Position numbers and translations under genes: made by a program. The notes beneath the pieces are model-generated. The model did no database searches. It worked only from the letters and a program-made list of their open reading frames with translations, and had not been told where the DNA came from. Below, piece by piece: positions 56,405 through 64,000 of a stretch of 64,000 nucleotides of DNA. This DNA is from a virus (taxonomy: Duplodnaviria; Caudoviricetes). The first letter of the stretch is position 1. Every line of letters starts with the position of its first letter. The stretch spans positions 64,001 to 128,000 of IMG/VR virus record IMGVR_UViG_3300009037_000003. One strand, given 5' to 3'.

Positions 56405-57721
56405 TTAGTTACTATCTTGCTGCCCACGAAGGGCATTTGCCAAAGAAACCCACTTACTGATTGTATCTACCGGATCAGCGCTAACACTGAAGTCGGCAAC
56501 GTCATCTACTTCTGCGCTGGCCAATGCAGTATCGTCATCGACTTTGTCTTCAACGCTGGCAACACTGGTATCAGCATACTTCAGAACGATGGCGAAAGCT
56601 TCGTCTGTCATATCTCGCAGTTCAGCCAGAGTAGTTTCGCGGTCAACTACAGACTTTTTCGCAGATAGTTTGGCCAAACGTTCGTTAGCCACAACGTCCT
56701 TCTTCATGTTGACCAAAATGGCTTCGCTGTCAGTAGCTCTCTTAGTGGCCTCGGATATTGCATTCTGCAACTCCGTATTAGCAGCCTTAAGACTCTCCAG
56801 CTCTAGTGATTTCGTTTCGATTTCCTTTACCTTTTCGACAATCGTCGAATCAGCAGTTACCAGTTTGCTCTCTAGTTCTGCCAATTTGTTTTGTAGCTCT
56901 TGTAGCTCTTGCTCCATTTTCGCTACACCCCCTTTCGTAATTTCATCTAATGATGCATGTGCGAACATTTCATTTGCCGCCACTGCTACTTTAATAACAG
57001 ATTCCGGGTTAGCCGGATTGGCCACAAATCCCTGTGCTCCGAAAATAATATTCTTTAGGACTCTTCCTATTTTATAGTTCTCATATACGCCAGAGCCACC
57101 GTAAACGCGTAAATGTTTGGTTAAAAACGCAGTAGAATTATTTCTTTCGATTAGCTTGGTTGTGCCAGTGGCTGGATCTAAAATTCCATACCCGAAATCG
57201 GAAAAGAAACATTCCATAGATACGAACATTTTTCCAGCCTGTGCCTGTGATAGTATTTCGGCTATACGATCTTTGAATTGAGGAAATGCCTTATATAGGA
57301 CGCCTGCTACTTCAAGATCAAACTCTTGTGGCAGCTGTCTGTCGTCGGACACAATTACTTCATCACCGTTCTTATCTACCGGTCGACACTTGACGATATG
57401 TCCTAGGATGCGATCGCCTTGATGGTTATCATTCATAGGTTTGTGTAACGGTGTCGTTCTAGCTTGCCAAACCTCATCAGGAACAAAAATATCGTCGTTT
57501 CGATTCCATCCCGTACTAACAAGAATAGCAACGATTAATGCCAGATCCGGATAAGCTTCTCCTAGCAAATCTTCGACTGTATTAACCATTTGCTTGTCTA
57601 TAGAAGCGTTGGCGATATCCAGTGCGTATTTGGTAGTATCACCGAGACACGCCTTAACTGTCAGATAGGCGGAATCCAGCAATTTAACATCTGCAAGTTT
57701 TTCTGCATCGTATATAATCAC
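56405..57721 (-). CDS. Prohead protease fused to coiled-coil scaffold
   Basis: WNRNDD.F, KPMN.NH, ILGHI, VSMEC, G.GFV.NPANPES, then an acidic coiled coil. Confidence 0.8.
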   Translation of the reverse strand: MIIYDAEKLADVKLLDSAYLTVKACLGDTTKYALDIANASIDKQMVNTVEDLLGEAYPDLALIVAILVSTGWNRNDDIFVPDEVWQARTTPLHKPMNDNHQGDRILGHIVKCRPVDKNGDEVIVSDDRQLPQEFDLEVAGVLYKAFPQFKDRIAEILSQAQAGKMFVSMECFFSDFGYGILDPATGTTKLIERNNSTAFLTKHLRVYGGSGVYENYKIGRVLKNIIFGAQGFVANPANPESVIKVAVAANEMFAHASLDEITKGGVAKMEQELQELQNKLAELESKLVTADSTIVEKVKEIETKSLELESLKAANTELQNAISEATKRATDSEAILVNMKKDVVANERLAKLSAKKSVVDRETTLAELRDMTDEAFAIVLKYADTSVASVEDKVDDDTALASAEVDDVADFSVSADPVDTISKWVSLANALRGQQDSN

Positions 57722-57739
57722 TAGAACCTCCAGTTATTA

Positions 57740-57748
57740 TTTATACAC
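57740..57748 (-). promoter_or_regulatory. Class I (late) promoter motif GTGTATAAA
   Basis: Upstream of GGAGG Shine-Dalgarno of the protease gene. Confidence 0.68.
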
Positions 57749-57779
57749 AAAGAATTTCTAATTACGTCTATAATAAAGA

Positions 57780-58094
57780 CTATTCATTACCTCGTTGATG
57801 TCGTTGTTCCCAATAATCTATTGTGTCGGCCATTGCTTTATCTTTGTCGAGAACTGTTTCTACGACGAAAGCTTTAGACGCATCGGATGTCGGAGACTTC
57901 ATGACGTAACGTCTTGTCTCACGCAGACCCTGAGTATTGGTAGTAGTTTGTTCAAAACAAAAGGTAAATCCTGGATATACGGTCTGTGGGCCAGAATAAT
58001 CGACAATGCAAATAGTGAACTCTATCGGCATGCCGTCAACCTTTAAGACCGGCTTACTATCGTTAGTATCAAATTCAATAACAACTTTCGACAT
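57780..58094 (-). CDS. Hypothetical protein
   Basis: Start MSKVVIEF after AGGAG. Confidence 0.6.
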   Translation of the reverse strand: MSKVVIEFDTNDSKPVLKVDGMPIEFTICIVDYSGPQTVYPGFTFCFEQTTTNTQGLRETRRYVMKSPTSDASKAFVVETVLDKDKAMADTIDYWEQRHQRGNE

Positions 58095-58105
58095 ATGGCT
58101 ATCTC

Positions 58106-60172
58106 CTATGAAACATAACTCGCCCATGTACAAATGGACAACATTCTACGTTCAGATAATGTTGGCGACCTATTGGTGGAGCCAACAAATGACGACAATA
58201 ATTCCTCGAATAGTCCGTTAAACTCTACTGGTTTCGTAGACGCTATGGCTAGTCGCGAGGCAATGAGTTGGTCGGTTATCTCGTCACCAGGAAGCATGAC
58301 AGACAAGATAGCATGTTTCGTTTGTTCGAGCTCGCGTTTTTGGGCGTTTGTAAGCGACCTAATATTTTTCACGCCGTGCAGCTTCAAGTAGTTGGTATCT
58401 ACAATCCTGTCTATTCCGTTATACAAGTTCTCTCCAGCGATATTCAGTAGAGACATCGTCTTTGGAGTTCGAGAGTCTCTTGGCCCAGTGTCCTTAGTCG
58501 ATGGTGGCCTACCTGGACCGTTGATACCATCATTTCTCGGCTGGTCACCAACCAAATTGTCGCCACCGCCAGATTGCTTACTTTGTTCCAGTTTAATAGC
58601 TAATTCTGTCTGTTTCTCCAGTAGCGAAAATGGTCGGTAGTATGGGTTTGATTTTTCAAGGATCCCTGGATTCTCTAGCCTAACTTGCTGTTCGTCCTTC
58701 ATTCGTTCTAGCTCGATCATGTAGTTTACTCCGAACACCTCTGTAGCCTTTTCGGATGAGATAATTCCACGATCTAGCAACTGAATCATTAATTGCTTTT
58801 CAGCCGCTTCGTCTCGAAGAGACATGGTTCCAAAGCAAATAGATGGAATATTTTTGAACCCCATGGCGTCGGCCACTCGTCTTAGTTCGGCTTCGAGCCA
58901 CACGATAGCTCTGCCTCTTACGTATTCCAATCTTTCTACCAATGTTTTTAGTTGTACAAATGCAGACTGAGCGTTTCTCGTACCAAGATCCTCGCCGCCA
59001 ACTAGCGAGTCGGGGATGCCGAGACCTCTTACGATATCGGAATTAACGCTTTTATACTTGTCCTGGCCGAGAATTTTATCCGTAGGAGGATACTCTACTT
59101 TTAGGTCGATCATGTCGTTCCAGACCAGATCCATGACTCCGCCGCCGACATTGCTCTGTAGAATTTCGATTAATTTATCCACAGCGGCTGGAGTTGGCAA
59201 AATCTGCTGATCACTCTTGCCGAGCTTCCATAATCGTATGACGTTAATAACACCATCTAGCGCAGCCATATCTGCCAACCGCATTTTGCTTTTTAACATG
59301 ATGTCTTCTAAGACACCATACAGGAATGGGGTCCCCCAATCCTCCCAGTCGTCCTTTTTATAGTAATCAACGTACATTCTGTCCATCTCTAGCTGGACAA
59401 AGGATGAACCCTTCTTTACGGCTTCGACTACTTCTGCTGGCATCTTCTGGACCAACCGAGCTTCTGCATCGGTAGTTGGATTTTTTATTGCCTTAGATAG
59501 CGATGACGGGATTTTCATCCCGAGAGAATCAGAACCAAAAAACTTACCAATTTCACCGCCGGTCTTTTCAACAATCGCCGGAGAGATAAAGGTATATTTC
59601 CACGGTATAACTCGCTTATTGCTAAACTTTTTCGTGACTTTTAGCTTTTCCGGAACCTCATCATACGCCGTTTCATCTAGCGATTCCAAATTAAGAACAT
59701 TACCCTTAACTAGTTCTTTCTCAACAGGAACGGTTATATAGGCATTCTTTCGTCTGACGATAACGTTGGCGTCTCTCATAAGCAGTTTCATAAAATCATG
59801 AACGCGACCAGCGAGATCGACTTTCTTGGCCCATTGGCGATAGAATTTTTGCTGTTTTTTGATCGGGTGCTGGAGCTCTAATCCCTCAGAGGCAAAATCC
59901 GTCATTAGATCTATTATGTTTCTTACCATGCCAATCTTTCTGTACACACTTTGGCATGCCAATATTACTTCGGAGTGTTTGGTGGGAAGCTTATCATCTA
60001 ACCGTTTCGAATCCATGTCATAGCGATTGAAACCAGACCTATCATTTATCGTTGCCCCAGCTGCCTTATGTGTAAAACAGCACGACTTAGGTATCGTATG
60101 CTGTTCTAATCCTTGCTGACCTGTTGTAAACAGGATGTCGTTCCCTTGATTCTTCTCACTATCTGCTGTCAT
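58106..60172 (-). CDS. Portal protein
   Basis: Y...G.VRNIIDLMTDF; follows the terminase; 688 aa; C-terminal GRP motif. Confidence 0.82.
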   Translation of the reverse strand: MTADSEKNQGNDILFTTGQQGLEQHTIPKSCCFTHKAAGATINDRSGFNRYDMDSKRLDDKLPTKHSEVILACQSVYRKIGMVRNIIDLMTDFASEGLELQHPIKKQQKFYRQWAKKVDLAGRVHDFMKLLMRDANVIVRRKNAYITVPVEKELVKGNVLNLESLDETAYDEVPEKLKVTKKFSNKRVIPWKYTFISPAIVEKTGGEIGKFFGSDSLGMKIPSSLSKAIKNPTTDAEARLVQKMPAEVVEAVKKGSSFVQLEMDRMYVDYYKKDDWEDWGTPFLYGVLEDIMLKSKMRLADMAALDGVINVIRLWKLGKSDQQILPTPAAVDKLIEILQSNVGGGVMDLVWNDMIDLKVEYPPTDKILGQDKYKSVNSDIVRGLGIPDSLVGGEDLGTRNAQSAFVQLKTLVERLEYVRGRAIVWLEAELRRVADAMGFKNIPSICFGTMSLRDEAAEKQLMIQLLDRGIISSEKATEVFGVNYMIELERMKDEQQVRLENPGILEKSNPYYRPFSLLEKQTELAIKLEQSKQSGGGDNLVGDQPRNDGINGPGRPPSTKDTGPRDSRTPKTMSLLNIAGENLYNGIDRIVDTNYLKLHGVKNIRSLTNAQKRELEQTKHAILSVMLPGDEITDQLIASRLAIASTKPVEFNGLFEELLSSFVGSTNRSPTLSERRMLSICTWASYVS

Positions 60173-60217
60173 TTATGTTTTCCCATTCCCATTGTAACGC
60201 AACTACAATCCGAATAG

Positions 60218-60226
60218 ATTATACAC
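60218..60226 (-). promoter_or_regulatory. Class I (late) promoter motif GTGTATAAT
   Basis: Between the terminase and portal genes. Confidence 0.7.
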
Positions 60227-60227
60227 A

Positions 60228-63200
60228 CTAAAGAATTTTTCCGTTCTTTATCGCCCTCGTCAGACTGCCGTCTTTCAGAAATTGTCCGTTGATCAGTCTA
60301 CCAACGCCGGGACCTCGATAGAAAGGTTCTTTGACTGGAATAAGATTTCCCCTAGATCGGTTGTCGCCAGCTGAATCGTAATCCATCGGTTCTACTATTG
60401 TAACTGATTGATCATAAATAAATTTATACCCAAGCAAAAGTGATGTGTATCTATCTTTCCGCAAACGACCGCGACGGGCACGACCCTCCATCGCTCCAGC
60501 CTGTGCAACTTGCGGAGTATCGAATCGTTCTTTGCCGCTCATAGTTTCAGACATCTGTATGGTACATAATTCATTTTTTAACTCTTCGATATTCAATACG
60601 ACATCCTCGTAGGTGTCACACATAATACCAGCGGCCTTTTCCGCTTCAAGTGCCAAATACATTCTAACACTGTCAAAACATGGAAATAATAAAGTATGGG
60701 TTTCGAACGCTTTGTGCAAAGCCATATTTGCCTGATGGTTGAATTCGCTAGATTGTTTGACAAGGTGTAGTATGTGCTTGCCATCTGTTTCACCGTCAGT
60801 CGGCTTCGGGGCAGTATTGTCTATTATTTCATATATCGGGAAATCCCCTTGAGACATATCCATTAGTTTCTTATTTCGAAGCATTTCGGAAATTACGTAG
60901 CCGCCGCCCTGACTATCCATTTCAATCCTAATAGGATTAAACGCCTTTACGATATCTCTTATCTTTGAACAACAATAGGCGTAATAGTCCCCAGCTAGAA
61001 TCAGCCCCCTCTTTTGGCGATCGGCAAATTCCTTCTTGTTAACGGCCCAGCAATATACGACTCTGTTATGAGCTGGCCTTAATTCGATACATGTTACAGC
61101 AAGATTATCTCGTTCCGCTGCCGGATCAATACCGATGGCGTACCTACAATTTTCCTGTCCTGCTATTAACGGAGAGAATGACACAGGACCATCGGGAGTT
61201 TCTATTGGTTTGCTTGGCGTAACGGTGCAGCTTTCTATCAGACTCCTTGGATATATGCCATCCGAATCCTTAACAAAAACAGCCCCAAACTCCATCTGAT
61301 ATACATTTTTGGGCAGCGTTGCTTTTGCGTTAGCCAATTGTCTGGCATCAAGCAATCCGTCTGGCAGCGCCGTGTGTGGAATTCTAATAACGGCATAGTC
61401 GCGATAATCGAAATTGTCGGGGACATTGTGCTCGCCGCCAAAGATACTTGCAATAATCTTCGGATCGCCCTTGCTTTTTACGATATTTCTCCACATATCG
61501 TATTTAACTGCAAAGTGATTAAATGCGTAATATGCGGTTCCCGAATAAATAATTTGGTTACCATGATTCGACGCTTCTGGTTTCAAAATCGCATCCCGTT
61601 CTTCCGACGGCAAATCAAGTTGGGCTATCTGTTTTTCTAGATCGATTCTCTTAGCCTGCTCAACTGGAGTTTTCGACGTAGCGGCGAAACCGCGAACAAC
61701 AACGTCGAAAATATCCGAGGGGATACTGGCACACTCGTCTGCAATTACGCATGTTGCGCGAAAGCCCCTGATTCTCGTATTGTGGCTATAAAAACCTCCT
61801 GCGCAATATTCATGTCCATTCGGTACATGCATATCGAACGTAACACATTCCGAATCCTCTATGGAAACAATTTCGTCATAATAAATATCTGGGTCGGCAA
61901 GACAACGAATGTTGTCGATACGGGAATCGTTCGTATGGCCATAAACTTTCAAAAATTTATCAACAAGCGGATGACTAGCAGATTTCTTAATCCGCAATCG
62001 CCCAGGGCAGACTTGGGTACAACAACCGGTATGCCATTTTGGCTTATTATTCTCTGCGATCTCTATCATATCGTCAAGGATATCTGGAATGGAGTCTTTC
62101 TGATCCATCCATCTCTTTTTTCCAGAGATGCCAGCGAGAAGTTTATCCTGTTTCCTCTTGAGTCGGAATCCTATTTCTGTTGCAAACGTTAAAACATCTT
62201 TACCTGTAATCAAAAGTTCATAACATTCCTCCCATTTTTCGTTTCGCTCACGAGAACTTACATGTGCAACTATCCCGTAATGCAATAAAATGTACTGAAG
62301 TTGTCTTACCAGTTCTTTACTGGTGTTGCAAAAACTAACCGTGATCGCGGTACCACCCTTTGCGTTTTGAACCTGAATGCATCCATCGGTATCCAAAAGT
62401 CCAGAGATAAAGGCAGAAGTGACCTCACGAGAAGATTTCAGAATAGCAGCAGGAAATTGTTTGTCTTTTGTTCTTAAATGATCTATCTCTATTCCGAATT
62501 TTCTGAATAAATTATCGATCTTACGGGAACAATACATATTCCAATGTACAGGATCAGATGGCTGTTGTCTAAATTCACCAAGAATTTGTATAGCATTAGA
62601 CAATTCTTGATCTTGTGTTGCAAATCCTATTCGGTATCCCTGTTGAGCGATAAAACATCCATCTCCGATTAATAAACCTATCCCGTATGCTTCATCGCAT
62701 GTTATATCAGTTACACCACTGTGCCATCTTATAGAACGATCCAAAAGAATTTTGTCCCCTAGCTGCATTTCATCCATTCTTGCCCATACTATTTTCTTGT
62801 CCCTCATAATTTTAAGTTTATGGTTGTGTGTACCTTCAATCTCGAATCCGTGGTGTGTTTTGATTTTTTTTGTCTTAGCAAGACCATTGCAATAAGATTC
62901 ATCTGTTACTCTGAACTCCCCATTGCCCCAAATTTTTCTCTGACGATTAATTATTGTTTTTTCTATTTGTCCTTGTATCTGATCATCATCTATGTAACCA
63001 AAGCAATTGTCATAAGTCATTACTGTATAACGACTTACGCAGCCATCGCCGAGCGGCAACGCGTACACAATACTATCGCCAACTTTGAAATAGCATAGGT
63101 CTACAGACTGTCTTGGGCCAGCCTTTCGTCCACCTCCAACAATACTTCTAAGAACTGGACTAGAATCCCAGATACTTTCGATATAGTTAAATACCAGTTT

Positions 63201-63590
63201 CGCCTGCCGGAGTCCTGCACCAACGATGATGATCTTGGAACCAGGATCAAAAATCGCCCTTAGAATCGAATAAACGGCCAACATAAATGTTTTCGACGCA
63301 CCACGGCTGGCGACAAGCAAAGGAAATGGCGTATTCCATAATGCCTTCAAAACAGTCATCTGAAATGGAAGCAAATCGATATTCAAGAGGACTTTTACGG
63401 TCCATCCAAGATAATCTAGATTGAGCATAGTTTTAACTATAGCACGATCTATTGGTTCTCCATCGCGTCCGAGATCGGAGAAAACATGTTCAACTACGGA
63501 CGGAACATGATGAGAATACGGAAATAAATACCCGAATTTTCCCTGAGGTCCGTGAAGTAATTTCTTTAATGCGATGTCTGAGGTACCCAT
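60228..63590 (-). CDS. terL: Terminase large subunit, intein-containing
   Basis: L.PFQ, Walker A SRGASKT, RQAK, IRG.RA...IADE Walker B, nuclease IGIDPA and KDRY; about 699 aa after splicing. Confidence 0.93.
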   Translation of the reverse strand: MGTSDIALKKLLHGPQGKFGYLFPYSHHVPSVVEHVFSDLGRDGEPIDRAIVKTMLNLDYLGWTVKVLLNIDLLPFQMTVLKALWNTPFPLLVASRGASKTFMLAVYSILRAIFDPGSKIIIVGAGLRQAKLVFNYIESIWDSSPVLRSIVGGGRKAGPRQSVDLCYFKVGDSIVYALPLGDGCVSRYTVMTYDNCFGYIDDDQIQGQIEKTIINRQRKIWGNGEFRVTDESYCNGLAKTKKIKTHHGFEIEGTHNHKLKIMRDKKIVWARMDEMQLGDKILLDRSIRWHSGVTDITCDEAYGIGLLIGDGCFIAQQGYRIGFATQDQELSNAIQILGEFRQQPSDPVHWNMYCSRKIDNLFRKFGIEIDHLRTKDKQFPAAILKSSREVTSAFISGLLDTDGCIQVQNAKGGTAITVSFCNTSKELVRQLQYILLHYGIVAHVSSRERNEKWEECYELLITGKDVLTFATEIGFRLKRKQDKLLAGISGKKRWMDQKDSIPDILDDMIEIAENNKPKWHTGCCTQVCPGRLRIKKSASHPLVDKFLKVYGHTNDSRIDNIRCLADPDIYYDEIVSIEDSECVTFDMHVPNGHEYCAGGFYSHNTRIRGFRATCVIADECASIPSDIFDVVVRGFAATSKTPVEQAKRIDLEKQIAQLDLPSEERDAILKPEASNHGNQIIYSGTAYYAFNHFAVKYDMWRNIVKSKGDPKIIASIFGGEHNVPDNFDYRDYAVIRIPHTALPDGLLDARQLANAKATLPKNVYQMEFGAVFVKDSDGIYPRSLIESCTVTPSKPIETPDGPVSFSPLIAGQENCRYAIGIDPAAERDNLAVTCIELRPAHNRVVYCWAVNKKEFADRQKRGLILAGDYYAYCCSKIRDIVKAFNPIRIEMDSQGGGYVISEMLRNKKLMDMSQGDFPIYEIIDNTAPKPTDGETDGKHILHLVKQSSEFNHQANMALHKAFETHTLLFPCFDSVRMYLALEAEKAAGIMCDTYEDVVLNIEELKNELCTIQMSETMSGKERFDTPQVAQAGAMEGRARRGRLRKDRYTSLLLGYKFIYDQSVTIVEPMDYDSAGDNRSRGNLIPVKEPFYRGPGVGRLINGQFLKDGSLTRAIKNGKIL
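61779..63041 (-). mobile_element. Intein (421 aa) with LAGLIDADG endonuclease in the terminase
   Basis: LGDG|CVS..., GTHNHKL, IGLLIGDG, FISGLLDTDG, TFDMHV...FYSHN followed by Thr. Confidence 0.93.
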
Positions 63591-64000
63591 CTGTCTTTTT
63601 CTATCCTAATAACTTCCTGGAAAATATTCTTAGCAATCCGTCTGCCGCACTGCCCAGCAAAAATTAATTGTATACGATTTTTAATACACAGATTAATTAT
63701 CCATCGAATCAGCGCTGACCCAGGGACATTGGTTTTGATCTGAGGTGGCGACAACTGGAAAATATCATCCTCCAGACTGGCTTCTATTATTAGAAAGGCG
63801 TATTTAAACATAGATAGTCTTGCGCACTCATCGTCGAATCTATCTTTGTTCATGTAATTTACCCACAACTCGGAAAAATCCGCTTTCCGTTCTATCGTAA
63901 GAATATCCTCATATCCGGCAATCGTGTAATCGCCAGTCTCCAAAGTAACGGTTTCCGTGCCAGTACATAATGGCGATTTCTTAGCAGCATCGTCCGCATT
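63566..64000 (-). CDS. ERCC4/XPF-family nuclease (5'-truncated)
   Basis: TLETGDYTI...IERK; the frame is open to the window edge. Confidence 0.82.
   Translation of the reverse strand, partial: NADDAAKKSPLCTGTETVTLETGDYTIAGYEDILTIERKADFSELWVNYMNKDRFDDECARLSMFKYAFLIIEASLEDDIFQLSPPQIKTNVPGSALIRWIINLCIKNRIQLIFAGQCGRRIAKNIFQEVIRIEKDRWVPQTSH

Noticed and set aside
458-63667. Numerous 60-180 aa antisense or nested ORFs in the track
   Set aside because: They are shadows of long, motif-bearing genes, without ribosome-binding sites or recognisable domains.
1-64000. CRISPR array, diversity-generating retroelement, integrase or IS element
   Set aside because: No spaced direct repeats, reverse transcriptase, TR/VR pair, recombinase or transposase motifs were seen.

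Overview
A 64-kb segment of a large, siphovirus-like tailed dsDNA phage with two convergent arms meeting near 16.8 kb. The + arm (1-16.8 kb) holds about a dozen glycosyltransferase-like genes (GT2, GT32, GT4/GT-B), a radical SAM/SPASM fragment and a methyltransferase-like gene. Interleaved with them are the C-terminal half of a split DnaE-type polymerase, SSB and a probable single-strand annealing protein. The - arm (64 kb down to 16.8 kb) is the morphogenesis module: ERCC4 nuclease, large terminase, portal, protease/scaffold, decoration, major capsid, neck, tail tube, chaperones, a 1674-aa tape measure and very large repeat-rich tail/fibre proteins. There are three inteins: in DnaE, in the terminase and, unusually, in a GT-B glycosyltransferase. 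The most novel part is a 2.6-kb island (41.7-44.3 kb) inside the tail module. It carries a 137-nt non-canonical tRNA-like RNA, a roughly 100-nt terminated leader/small RNA, an unannotated lipoprotein, a T4 Rnl1-type RNA ligase and an adjacent three-way-junction 5' UTR. Two promoter classes can be read from the sequence: GTGTATAAW x9 and GNAARW-N17-TATAAT x4. An HTH-HNH-Mom fusion gene is broken by one in-frame TAG. All protein calls come from motif recognition and synteny, not database searches.
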